Notes under the pieces: generated by a model
Told to the model about the DNA's origin: nothing
What the model saw: only the letters and a program-made list of their open reading frames with translations
The model's database searches: none
Made by a program: the position numbers and the translations under genes
Origin: a virus
Taxonomy: Duplodnaviria; Caudoviricetes
Length of the DNA stretch: 64,000 nt
Reading direction: 5' to 3' (one strand)
IMG/VR virus record: IMGVR_UViG_3300021254_000021
Coordinates: 96,001 to 160,000 of that record
Shown: positions 47,219 through 56,206 of the stretch, piece by piece
How positions within the stretch are numbered: position 1 is the first letter of the stretch
Layout of the letters: each line of letters opens with the position of its first letter

Positions 47219-47875
47219 ATGATGCTTAATACGGATGTTATTGTTAAGCTGAACTTTGATCTGAGTGGTAACTGTGCTAGTTTTTTGCTAGCCTCTTACT
47301 TGGATATTAAACAGTTTATGCTTAATTCACTCTCAAAACAAGTTCCCTTCCTTGTTGACTTTTTACTCTGGCACAATTCACACAGCATTGAGGCTATCAC
47401 ACAGAAAAGCACGGAGTCTTACATTACAGAGCTTTATTCGACTAAGGCAAAGAGCTATGCTGATGTCATTCGTTCCTACCTACGTTCTTTTTGTGCATTC
47501 CTTTCCAGTAAAGAGATAATCCCAGACATTTCTTTTGACACCCGTCCAAAAGGTAAAGCAGAAGACCCAACCAAACTCCATAAGGTATTTAATTATTATA
47601 AGTATTTGGGTATCTCTAAGAGGGCTGACCTTTCAGAGATAAAAAAGGCGTATCATAACAAAGCCCGTACACTTCATCCAGACATGAATCAGGATGATCC
47701 CAATGCGACTAATCGGGTTATGGCTTTAAATAAGATGTATGACATTCTTAAAAATGAATCAGATAGGTTGGCGTATGATGTGGCTATGGGTTATTCTGAT
47801 TATGATGATGATTACTTGGACTCTTTAGAGGGTATATCATGGCACGATAAAGAGTTCTACTTCATTTGGATTTAA
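47219..47875 (+). CDS. J-domain (DnaJ) protein with an N-terminal integrase SAM-like/core-binding-like domain
   Basis: YYKYLGI..A...EIKKAY...A..LHPD..LN..YDIL.....R..YD; N-terminal part SY..DIKQF..YITEL..KS....RS.LRSF..FL. Confidence 0.8.
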   Translation: MMLNTDVIVKLNFDLSGNCASFLLASYLDIKQFMLNSLSKQVPFLVDFLLWHNSHSIEAITQKSTESYITELYSTKAKSYADVIRSYLRSFCAFLSSKEIIPDISFDTRPKGKAEDPTKLHKVFNYYKYLGISKRADLSEIKKAYHNKARTLHPDMNQDDPNATNRVMALNKMYDILKNESDRLAYDVAMGYSDYDDDYLDSLEGISWHDKEFYFIWI

Positions 47876-47913
47876 CCAATGCCTCGTTAAGGGGCTTTTC
47901 CTTTCCTTCATTT

Positions 47914-47938
47914 TCCATCATACCAACTTTCAAAAAAT
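47914..47938 (+). repeat. partial hairpin-leader element
   Basis: TCCATCATACCAACTTTCAAAAAAT just before an SD. Confidence 0.5.
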
Positions 47939-47953
47939 TTGGAGCAAAAAACT

Positions 47954-48514
47954 ATGAGTAAAGAGAACAAAGAGACCGTGGCAATTAAAGGGACAGTTAA
48001 AGTTAGACGTAACAAAGAGATTAAAAAAGACTCAATACGTATTCAGCAAGACCAGAATATGTATGAGGAGAATAAGCCAAAACAAGATAAAAATGGGCGT
48101 AACTGGATTGGAAACATTGTTAAAGACCTTCCACCTATAATATCACCAGAGGAATATTGGGCAGGTGTGCGTAAAGAGATTTTGCCAGAACACTTAGCTT
48201 TATTTGACTCAACTCAATCTACTATAGTTAAAGAGGTGTTAAAAGAAGTGAACGGTGTTTTACCAGAATACCGTTTTCAAATTTCCTTGCTCCAATTCAA
48301 GAAATTAACTGAGCAAGATTTTTTATCCCTCAAAGAAATAACAGACCACATTAAGATTCGTGCCTGCGATGCAGGAGACATCCTTAAAGCAATCTTATAT
48401 AAGAAAGAAGTAGAACATTATTCTTTAGACTTTAAATTCTCTGGTCAGTCTATAAAGGACATCTTTGGTACTAGTTGGGAACACTCTTTTTACACCCTCT
48501 ATCTAATCGGATGA
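47954..48514 (+). CDS. hypothetical protein
   Basis: GGAG SD before ATG 47954. Confidence 0.7.
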   Translation: MSKENKETVAIKGTVKVRRNKEIKKDSIRIQQDQNMYEENKPKQDKNGRNWIGNIVKDLPPIISPEEYWAGVRKEILPEHLALFDSTQSTIVKEVLKEVNGVLPEYRFQISLLQFKKLTEQDFLSLKEITDHIKIRACDAGDILKAILYKKEVEHYSLDFKFSGQSIKDIFGTSWEHSFYTLYLIG

Positions 48515-48537
48515 TCTTTTCTACTAAGGAGGGAATT

Positions 48538-48780
48538 ATGGATTTATTACCTATATTAGAAAATATTTCTGGCGAGATTGATGCAATTAAGCTGTACACA
48601 AAAGCCATAGAACAGAGTACTGATCCAACTGTAGTAGAGGTTTTAACGTCTATTAGGGATGAGGAAAAAGTTCACGTCGGCGAACTTATGTACCTAGCTA
48701 TGAAGGTGTCACCTGAATTAGCCTCTAAATTCCTTGAAGGGTGTAAAGAGGTTAAAGAGCTAGTTGGAGATATGAATTAG
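48538..48780 (+). CDS. short ferritin-like/rubrerythrin-family protein
   Basis: EIDAIKLY......DP....VL..IRDEEKVHVGEL di-iron motif; AAGGAGG SD. Confidence 0.85.
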   Translation: MDLLPILENISGEIDAIKLYTKAIEQSTDPTVVEVLTSIRDEEKVHVGELMYLAMKVSPELASKFLEGCKEVKELVGDMN

Positions 48781-48805
48781 AAAGCGGCGGTTATGCCGCT
48801 TTTTT
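48781..48805 (+). terminator. intrinsic terminator
   Basis: AAAGCGGC...GCCGCTTTTTT. Confidence 0.85.
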
Positions 48806-48856
48806 AGTCTTATTCGTATTATAGAGCTGTGTATTTATTCTAACAAAGGATTAAGA

Positions 48857-49387
48857 ATGAGGTATCATAGAAAAGCACCTAGGTTAAAAGGATGCAGAAT
48901 CCACAAGAAGCATTACTGGGATATTTTTGAGGCAATTAAAAACTACCATTACTGGATGTTTACCGATAGTGATGTAAGCAGGGTGGAGATTCTTCCACCT
49001 ACTTTAGACAACCTTAATTTAATGAAGGAGAGTCATTTATGGTGGGTCGTTAAAGGGTTTAAAAATCCTTTGGAGTTTAAAGTATGGGATAATCTTAGAA
49101 TAGAGCAAGGTGTCTATTCAATGCTGTATGCTTCCCGATCTGTGGGTAATGAGCTAATCTTTCGAGCTATAAATGCTATGTTAAATGAAGAACCTCTGCC
49201 GTCTAAAACAGAAATAGACCAGTATGTAGAGGCTAATAAACTCATTCCTATAATGGATGCCAAATCGGAGAAAAGAATCAAAGAGAGAGAACATTATAAA
49301 AGACTGTATGAGAAATATTCCATTCTTCTGCATAGAAGAATATTCCGTCTTATAAAGCAAGGTAGAGTCGGGTTAATTGAACAATGA
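48857..49387 (+). CDS. hypothetical protein
   Basis: 176-aa ORF. Confidence 0.7.
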   Translation: MRYHRKAPRLKGCRIHKKHYWDIFEAIKNYHYWMFTDSDVSRVEILPPTLDNLNLMKESHLWWVVKGFKNPLEFKVWDNLRIEQGVYSMLYASRSVGNELIFRAINAMLNEEPLPSKTEIDQYVEANKLIPIMDAKSEKRIKEREHYKRLYEKYSILLHRRIFRLIKQGRVGLIEQ

Positions 49388-49752
49388 GTAAAGAGAACTT
49401 AAGAGAGCTGTATAATCAGCCCATTATGGCCGATGTATTAGACTTTATTCAACGCCGTTTCCAAACGGCGAAAGATGACCCACAATGGGTATCTGGAAAC
49501 TGCTTTTATTTTGCGGCTATTCTTAAAGTACGTTTCCCACAAGGGTTTATCGTTTATGACGTAATTAAAGGTCATTTTCTTTTCCTGTATCACTCTTTAT
49601 TGGTGGATGCTGTGCATCACGAATACTTGAAAAAGAAAGTTGTTCCATCCAAAGACTCTTTTATGGTAACTTCCAATATTGTTGTTTGGGATTTTTTCCC
49701 ATTCTACGATAACCTTCAATACAGAAGAATCCTTCGAGACTGCATAGAATAG
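49384..49752 (+). CDS. hypothetical protein, possible papain-like fold
   Basis: GNCFYFA..GHF..LVD. Confidence 0.55.
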   Translation: MSKENLRELYNQPIMADVLDFIQRRFQTAKDDPQWVSGNCFYFAAILKVRFPQGFIVYDVIKGHFLFLYHSLLVDAVHHEYLKKKVVPSKDSFMVTSNIVVWDFFPFYDNLQYRRILRDCIE

Positions 49753-49762
49753 GAGAGACATT

Positions 49763-50461
49763 ATGTTTGCACTCAACATTTCACAGAACGGAAAAGACTA
49801 TAAGGCTTATTTTCAGAATGGACGTTTGCGGAGATACAAAGATTTACCACTAGCTAAGAATGCCTCTAAACAGCTTTTAAATAACACTAAGAATAACATT
49901 CATACTGTGGAGATTTTCCAAGTAGAGGATAACACCCCCATTATGTTTGTTACTAAGGAATCCACTAAGATTGTAGAAAGTAAATACAGCCCTTGTGTAA
50001 AAGACATAAATATCCCCGTTACTAAGAAAAGAGAGAATACCGTACCTTTAGAATCCTTAATTGAAAAGAAGGATATTCCTATTAAGAAGGAAGCACCTAA
50101 AAATAATACTGATAATGCTCTAGCCCTTGTACAGCAGGAGCGTAAAGACAGAATCCAATTCCTTAAAGACTGTCACGAAAAGCATAAAAAGAAGGTGGAA
50201 CAGAGACAGCAGGTAAATGTAGCCAACTCAATCAATAATCTGACAGATCCAAAAGTCTGGGAAAAATCCAAAGCATTCCTTAATTCATTTACGGCAAACG
50301 TGCTAGAAATAGCTATTAAGGATAATGATTATAAAACTCTGTTTAATACAGAAATTATGTTAGCTCAAAAAGGTTACTCTTGGTATCCTGATGAGAATAA
50401 CAATATTCAAATAGCCCCGACAGAAAAGGTGTTGGAGATAATCAATAAAAAAAATGAATAG
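49763..50461 (+). CDS. hypothetical protein
   Basis: 232 aa, AGGAG SD. Confidence 0.7.
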   Translation: MFALNISQNGKDYKAYFQNGRLRRYKDLPLAKNASKQLLNNTKNNIHTVEIFQVEDNTPIMFVTKESTKIVESKYSPCVKDINIPVTKKRENTVPLESLIEKKDIPIKKEAPKNNTDNALALVQQERKDRIQFLKDCHEKHKKKVEQRQQVNVANSINNLTDPKVWEKSKAFLNSFTANVLEIAIKDNDYKTLFNTEIMLAQKGYSWYPDENNNIQIAPTEKVLEIINKKNE

Positions 50462-50852
50462 GAATACCTTTGAAAGATATATCCAAGAGTTGTGTGAGGA
50501 TTTAGCATTAAAGCACAACTCGTATGCACACAGGCAAAAGCACGCCTGTGTGCTAACATATAACAATGCTGTTATAGCTACGGGGATAAACATTAACTTA
50601 AAGAATGATTTTACTCGTGTGTATAATGACCTTAAATGTCTGCACGCCGAGGCTGTAGCTATAATGAGAGCTATTCCTAAACACCATAATATACTGCATA
50701 AGACAGAATTGTGGGTATGTAGGAAGGGGAAGCTAAACAGTTACTCAAAGCCTTGCCCAATGTGTCAAAAGATAATCAGGACATTTAACATTCCCATTAT
50801 CCATTACACAGATGAAGTAGGAAACTGGATAACAGAATCCCTTTATTCCTAA
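50454..50852 (+). CDS. cytidine/deoxycytidylate deaminase-family protein
   Basis: HAE and SKPCPMC zinc motifs. Confidence 0.85.
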   Translation: MNRNTFERYIQELCEDLALKHNSYAHRQKHACVLTYNNAVIATGININLKNDFTRVYNDLKCLHAEAVAIMRAIPKHHNILHKTELWVCRKGKLNSYSKPCPMCQKIIRTFNIPIIHYTDEVGNWITESLYS

Positions 50853-50921
50853 TATCAAATTGTATAGCTCTTTATAAACCCTTACTACGGGTTTAACTCT
50901 CATAATATAAAGGAGAATATC

Positions 50922-51749
50922 ATGGTTAAATTAAAGAAAGATGAAAAAATGTCGAATAAGATTCTCTCTAAAGTTGGCCTAAAAGGCAAAAAACTGACTG
51001 AGGATGAGTTTACTAAGAAAGCTACAGAGGAATTAAAAGCCCTCTCTAAACTAACACCTAATGGTTGGGAAGCTAACTTAGAACTGAATAGTCATAATAA
51101 AAAAGATTCCCTTCAACACCGCCTGTATATGCAGGATAAAAAAGCACCTGATGATAATTATATTGTTATAACATTTGCTTGGTGGAAAGACTGGGATTAT
51201 GATGAATATGATCATACAGTCTATTACAAATCCAGTATAGATGGAAAAGAGGAAGAAGATGATATTCTACTAGGGTATGAGGGTAAATGGGATCTCTCTA
51301 AACTGAATACTTGGTTAAATGGCAAACTTGCCGAGATTAAAAAGAATACCAAACCAGAAAGCAGAGTGATTCGTAGAGAGTCTATCGTCACTGGGCATGA
51401 TTTAGATATGGTTTTAATGGATTTAGGAAATATTATAGAGAATTTAGATTATATAGAACAGCGTTATGATGTACCACAAGAAGTTTCTCGTTGTATCTCT
51501 TTAGCAGAAAGTTTATCAGAAGCTATTTCAAGTATAGTAAAAATGAATAATGGGGACTTTGAAAAATCTATACGGGATGATAGATTAAGAGGTATTCGAG
51601 GTATTATTGTTCGTTTTGGTAATGCCGCTGAGAAAGTTTTAAGGATGTTACATGACCCTATGGGAGATACATGGACAAATCATAGTCAACTTAAATACTT
51701 AGAAAGAGATATAGAAAATATCTTGAGTACATTAAGTAAAATAGGTTAG
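50922..51749 (+). CDS. two-domain protein with MVKLKK leader and ES linkers (candidate capsid cargo)
   Basis: MVKLKKDE..; KPESRVIRRESI; own SD and terminator. Confidence 0.75.
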   Translation: MVKLKKDEKMSNKILSKVGLKGKKLTEDEFTKKATEELKALSKLTPNGWEANLELNSHNKKDSLQHRLYMQDKKAPDDNYIVITFAWWKDWDYDEYDHTVYYKSSIDGKEEEDDILLGYEGKWDLSKLNTWLNGKLAEIKKNTKPESRVIRRESIVTGHDLDMVLMDLGNIIENLDYIEQRYDVPQEVSRCISLAESLSEAISSIVKMNNGDFEKSIRDDRLRGIRGIIVRFGNAAEKVLRMLHDPMGDTWTNHSQLKYLERDIENILSTLSKIG

Positions 51750-51753
51750 TTAG

Positions 51754-51784
51754 AAAGCCCCAACTAAGGGGCTTTTCTTTTTTA
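51754..51784 (+). terminator. intrinsic terminator
   Basis: AAAGCCCC...GGGGCTTT plus T-tract. Confidence 0.85.
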
Positions 51785-51795
51785 TAGGAGACAGC

Positions 51796-52266
51796 ATGAC
51801 AGACCGCATTTCATGGGATTCCTATTTCATGTCCATAGCGTATATAGCTTCATTGCGTAGTATAGATCCTCATACTAAGGTTGGGGCAGTATTAGTAGAT
51901 TCAGAACATCATATAGTAGGTACGGGGTATAATTCATTTGTGAAGGGTATAGATGATTCACAATTACCTTTATCCAGAGAGGGAGATTTTTTATCGACGA
52001 AATACCCGTATATTGTACATGCAGAGATTAACTGCATTCTTAATTCAGTTACACATTCTCTTACTGGTTCTACTTTATTCTGCACTTTGTTTCCATGCAA
52101 TGAGTGTATGAAGGCGATAATCAATAAAGGGATAACCGAGATTGTTTATCTTAATGAGCCTTCTACTAAAGACATATACATCGCTTCCAGACGGCTAATG
52201 GAACTATCTAATACCAGTTGTCGTCAGCTCACTAACTTTTCCATACATACTATTCTAAAGCAATGA
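51796..52266 (+). CDS. dCMP deaminase
   Basis: SWD.YFM.IA....RS.DP.TKVGA..GTGYN..HAE.N..LFPCNEC. Confidence 0.95.
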   Translation: MTDRISWDSYFMSIAYIASLRSIDPHTKVGAVLVDSEHHIVGTGYNSFVKGIDDSQLPLSREGDFLSTKYPYIVHAEINCILNSVTHSLTGSTLFCTLFPCNECMKAIINKGITEIVYLNEPSTKDIYIASRRLMELSNTSCRQLTNFSIHTILKQ

Positions 52267-53012
52267 GAATAACAGCTATATCCGATATTCATGGTGACTT
52301 AATTCAAATAAAACCAACTGATTTACTGATTATAGCGGGTGACTGGTCTCCATTAGAGATACAACGAAACCCATTCTTTATGCGGGAATGGATGAATGAT
52401 TGTTTGCTAGAATGGTTTAAAGAGATTCAGGCAGACAAGATCATCTTTATCGCAGGAAACCATGACTTTGTATGTGACCCAAACTATATCAATATGGGCT
52501 TTACAGAGCTTCAATTCCTTCTTAGTTTTGAAAAGGATTTCTTACAGCCTTTACTAAGAAAACATAATCTTACAAACAAGGTGAAGTATCTGTGCAATTC
52601 CCTTACTGTATATAAGGGTTATAGAATATATGGTTTTCCTAACGTAGAAGGGTGTCATGGTTGGGCTTTTAGTCAGGCTGAAATAAGACAGTCTTTTAGG
52701 CTGATTAAAAAGTGTGATATTCTGATTACGCACCAACCACCTTTATATAATCGTATAGGTAGAACGGTAGTGAACAAGCAGGATTGTGAATTTGGTTCAT
52801 ACCAATTGTTAGATGTCATTCAAAGGAAAAGACCGCAGTATCTTTTCTGTGGTCATATCCATGAGGGAGATCATTCTAAAACAGTATATAATCATCCCGA
52901 GGGCGGATTTACAGAGATGTATAATTGCTCTATAAAGGATGAGGAATACAATGTCTTTTTTAAACCACAAGTCGTAGAAATTCCAAACCGTACAGGAGAG
53001 AACAATGCTTAA
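52263..53012 (+). CDS. calcineurin-like metallophosphoesterase
   Basis: SDIHG, AGD, GNHD, ITHQPP, CGHIHE. Confidence 0.95.
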   Translation: MRITAISDIHGDLIQIKPTDLLIIAGDWSPLEIQRNPFFMREWMNDCLLEWFKEIQADKIIFIAGNHDFVCDPNYINMGFTELQFLLSFEKDFLQPLLRKHNLTNKVKYLCNSLTVYKGYRIYGFPNVEGCHGWAFSQAEIRQSFRLIKKCDILITHQPPLYNRIGRTVVNKQDCEFGSYQLLDVIQRKRPQYLFCGHIHEGDHSKTVYNHPEGGFTEMYNCSIKDEEYNVFFKPQVVEIPNRTGENNA

Positions 53013-54237
53013 TCCAAAGACAAACCAAAGAGAATTAGCTTATATTGTAGAGGTGGCGGAAACAAAACCCTTAGAGGGATATGACAAGGTACATTATATC
53101 AGGATAAATTTATGGTGGGTGGTTGCCACAAAGTCTTTAAATACAGGTGATAAAGCCATCTATTTCGAGATAGATTCTTTATTGCCAGAATCGGATAAAC
53201 GTTTTGCGTTTATGGCTAAAAAGAAATTTAGGGTGAAAACACAAAAGATGTGTCGTGTCACTTCTCAAGGATTAGCTTTACCTATAACGGAGTTTCCAGA
53301 ACTTAAGAATGCAAAAGTCGGAGACTTCGTTACCGATAAATTGAAAGTCTCTTTATATGAGCCAGAAGTTAAGGATTATAAACCACAATCTAAGGTATCT
53401 CCTTTCCAGAAAGCAATGGACAGACATAAAACCTTCTTTAGATTCCCACCTGTTAAATTTATGCTTCGCTTTAACTGGTTTCGATCTTTAATGAAAAAAG
53501 TCTTTATCCATAAGAAGGATAAGATTGTTTGGCCAAGTTGGCTACCTAAAACAGGTTCAGAGAGAATCCAGAATCTACCACACTTATTAGACAATTCTAC
53601 AATAACAGAGGTAGTTGGAGATAATGAGATTGAGGTAAAGGAAAAATCCCCCATCTCTTATGTATGTAGTGAAAAGGTGGATGGAATGAGTTCCAGTTAT
53701 ATACTGGATGAAAAGAATGTGTATTATGTGGGTAGTCACAATGTGATTGTGTATTCCTCTAAGGATAAAGATTCTAAGAATATTGCCGACGGTAATGCGT
53801 ACATTAAGAATAATATCTGGATGGATATGGGGGAGAAATACAATCTTAGAGATAAGTTAAAACAGCTTAAAGAAAAGCGTAAGGTAAAGACTGTGGCTAT
53901 ACAGGGAGAGTCTTACGGGTCTGGTGTACAGAAAAGGACATATTCTAAAAAGCATGGGGAGCAGGATTTCGTTGTTTTCCACATTTGGTTTGATGGCAAG
54001 CGTATTCCGATGCAGGAAATGACACATATCTGTGATGAAACCTATTTGCCTCATGTAAACATATTTAATTGGGATTATCATTTACCTTCTACGGTTGAGG
54101 AGATTATAAAAGACATAGACTCTAAACAGTCTGCAATAGATGGCGGGGATATTGAGGGATTTGTCTTTTATTCTCAAGACGGGCAACAGAACTTTAAGTG
54201 TGTTTCCCCCAATTATCTAATGAAGTATCATGGTTAA
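53005..54237 (+). CDS. RNA ligase (Rnl2/DRB0094-like, N-terminal OB-like domain)
   Basis: Motif I SEKVDG; IQGE.YG.GVQ; EGFVF; FK.VS..YL. Confidence 0.85.
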   Translation: MLNPKTNQRELAYIVEVAETKPLEGYDKVHYIRINLWWVVATKSLNTGDKAIYFEIDSLLPESDKRFAFMAKKKFRVKTQKMCRVTSQGLALPITEFPELKNAKVGDFVTDKLKVSLYEPEVKDYKPQSKVSPFQKAMDRHKTFFRFPPVKFMLRFNWFRSLMKKVFIHKKDKIVWPSWLPKTGSERIQNLPHLLDNSTITEVVGDNEIEVKEKSPISYVCSEKVDGMSSSYILDEKNVYYVGSHNVIVYSSKDKDSKNIADGNAYIKNNIWMDMGEKYNLRDKLKQLKEKRKVKTVAIQGESYGSGVQKRTYSKKHGEQDFVVFHIWFDGKRIPMQEMTHICDETYLPHVNIFNWDYHLPSTVEEIIKDIDSKQSAIDGGDIEGFVFYSQDGQQNFKCVSPNYLMKYHG

Positions 54238-54278
54238 GTTAAATTAACCATAAGGAGACATAAAAAGGAGAAACAGCA

Positions 54279-54791
54279 ATGGAAGTAAAGCGTGAATTAG
54301 ACTTTGATGATCTGGACAGCTTCTTTTGGTCTGGTGCTAGAGATCGTTGGAATGATGCAACAGATGATCAAAAAGAGCGTGTATGGGATTTAATCCAAGA
54401 AGTCTTTGCAGAGGAAATACCTACGGAAACAGAGGTAAACGACTTTGTTTGGTTTGAATGCGATGACATCTTTAATGAAAAAGATGAAGATGAGGAAAAG
54501 GATGAGTCCAGAAAGGTTGAAGTAAAACAGCCTCGTAAACTCCCAAGAAAGAATGCCCGCTGTGAAGCGGTTGATATGAATAAACCTTTATGGGAAGGTT
54601 GGTCGGCACAGAATTATGCTGATGAGAATGAAAAATTAATGGATATGATCATGTCAGGTCGTACTTGGCGTGACATTCCAAAGACTAAAGCGGAATTAAA
54701 AACTACCATAGCTAATGCTTGCCTCCCAAATGTTCCCAAACTCCAGAGAGCCGTTGTGGATTACTTCGCTAAGAAGTACGGCCTTAGATAA
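54279..54791 (+). CDS. two-domain protein: highly acidic N-domain, ES/basic linker, C-domain
   Basis: FWSGA..PTETEVNDFVWFE; DESRKVEVKQPRKLPRKNARCEA. Confidence 0.75.
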   Translation: MEVKRELDFDDLDSFFWSGARDRWNDATDDQKERVWDLIQEVFAEEIPTETEVNDFVWFECDDIFNEKDEDEEKDESRKVEVKQPRKLPRKNARCEAVDMNKPLWEGWSAQNYADENEKLMDMIMSGRTWRDIPKTKAELKTTIANACLPNVPKLQRAVVDYFAKKYGLR

Positions 54792-54834
54792 GTTAATTTA
54801 ACTTTTAAAGGTTGGGTGTGTCACCTAAATGAAA
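54791..54834. repeat. bipartite motif, copy 3
   Basis: AGTTAATTTAACT-N12-GTGTGTCACCTAAATGAAA. Confidence 0.7.
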
Positions 54835-54862
54835 AATGGGAGACATACTGAGTATAAATATA

Positions 54863-54894
54863 GAGCCGTGACATGACGTTGCGGCTTTTCTTTT
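54863..54894 (+). terminator. probable terminator
   Basis: AGCCG...CGGCT plus T-tract. Confidence 0.6.
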
Positions 54895-54916
54895 ACCATT
54901 CTCAGGACTTGTAACA

Positions 54917-55159
54917 ATGGATTACACAAAAGAGTTTGCACCCAATTCTTCTTATGGCATTTTCAATTACCAAACCGATAAGATGGAAGTAATAAGGATA
55001 AATTCCAGAAAGGGGGTTTGGGTAAATGTAACTCTGAACAATAGGACGTTTGATGTGCGTGTTACAACGATTACCAATCCTAAAGCAGAATCTTTACTAA
55101 TCGAAAATTATTGCCCAGTTTATTCGTATCAAAAGGAGATAGCAAATGAGTACAACTAA
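54917..55159 (+). CDS. hypothetical protein
   Basis: 80-aa ORF. Confidence 0.6.
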   Translation: MDYTKEFAPNSSYGIFNYQTDKMEVIRINSRKGVWVNVTLNNRTFDVRVTTITNPKAESLLIENYCPVYSYQKEIANEYN

Positions 55160-55598
55160 AATCGACTACACACAATACCCAGATGCCTCTATTCCTGTTT
55201 ATTATTCTACTCCTAAAGGATATATCACTTATACAGGCCAGATCATTCCACGCCATTGTCAAAGTAAGGTGTATTTAATGACACCTAAAAGGGCGTCTAA
55301 GGTATTGGATTTAATACCATACCAAGAATACTTAGATGGAGATATAACCAAAGAGGATAAATTTATACATGAAGAATATGGCAAAAAGATGAACTTTACC
55401 AAGCTCAATAGAGCTATACAAACATCTTTACACTTAGAGACAGGAAAAGACAGAGACATCCACACCCTGTTTAATAATCTAATTAAGAACTTTCCATATA
55501 CGGTTAAAGAGAAGCCTAAGAAGGTAGTTAAGCAGGAAGCAGAGGAAGCTAGGTTTAAGACAGATTTACAATATCGTTTTGATTTAGACTATGACTAG
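55146..55598 (+). CDS. hypothetical protein
   Basis: 150 aa, AAGGAG SD. Confidence 0.7.
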   Translation: MSTTKIDYTQYPDASIPVYYSTPKGYITYTGQIIPRHCQSKVYLMTPKRASKVLDLIPYQEYLDGDITKEDKFIHEEYGKKMNFTKLNRAIQTSLHLETGKDRDIHTLFNNLIKNFPYTVKEKPKKVVKQEAEEARFKTDLQYRFDLDYD

Positions 55599-55636
55599 AA
55601 GAAAAGCCCTATCTATTACGGTAGGGCTTTTCTTCT
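55597..55636. terminator. bidirectional-type terminator
   Basis: AGAAGAAAAGCCCTA...TAGGGCTTTTCTTCT. Confidence 0.85.
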
Positions 55637-56206
55637 ATGGAGATAACTATGAGAGTTAAAAAAGAGGTATTTGGTATTGGAAATTCCAATATGGACATAG
55701 ATCCTAAAGATGTTATAAAACAACTCCCCACATTGCTTAAAGTGAATAATAAAAAGATTAACCTTGACTGGGAGTTGGATAAATATGGCAAACCAACTAT
55801 CACATCCAGTCTTTCCATTCCTTTAAGGGATGGTAAAAAGGGTTCTTGGATTCAACTAATTACAGTATTGTCTTTAGGTCTTAAAGACAAGCTCTTTTCA
55901 CTAAAGCAGAGGCTTTCAATCGTATTGGATCATAAAGAGCAAATTAAGCAGGACATCCCCTTATTCATAAATGAGAAATTTAAGTCTTTAAAAGACTTGG
56001 TAGATAAGGTTAAAGATTCTCTAACATCATTCTCTACCACCAAACTAAAAGATATAATGAAAAAACTAGGTCTTACTAAGGAGTCTTTTACCATGCATTA
56101 TATGACAGAAAAAGAGGAAGGTGAAAGGACGGATGTAATTGTAAAGGTGGGGAACAAGTGGCGGATAAAAGGACGCAAAGTACATTTAAAAAGGAGTCCT
56201 ATATGA
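55637..56206 (+). CDS. hypothetical protein, C-terminal domain apparently truncated by the endonuclease gene
   Basis: Ends VIVKVGNKWRIKGRK, a motif that recurs at the start of 56959. Confidence 0.65.
   Translation: MEITMRVKKEVFGIGNSNMDIDPKDVIKQLPTLLKVNNKKINLDWELDKYGKPTITSSLSIPLRDGKKGSWIQLITVLSLGLKDKLFSLKQRLSIVLDHKEQIKQDIPLFINEKFKSLKDLVDKVKDSLTSFSTTKLKDIMKKLGLTKESFTMHYMTEKEEGERTDVIVKVGNKWRIKGRKVHLKRSPI

Noticed and set aside
54818-54830. 13-nt match to the SP6 promoter (ATTTAGGTGACAC) on the minus strand
   Set aside because: Lacks TATAG, points against all genes, and the other two motif copies deviate; treated as coincidence rather than vector contamination or an SP6-type promoter
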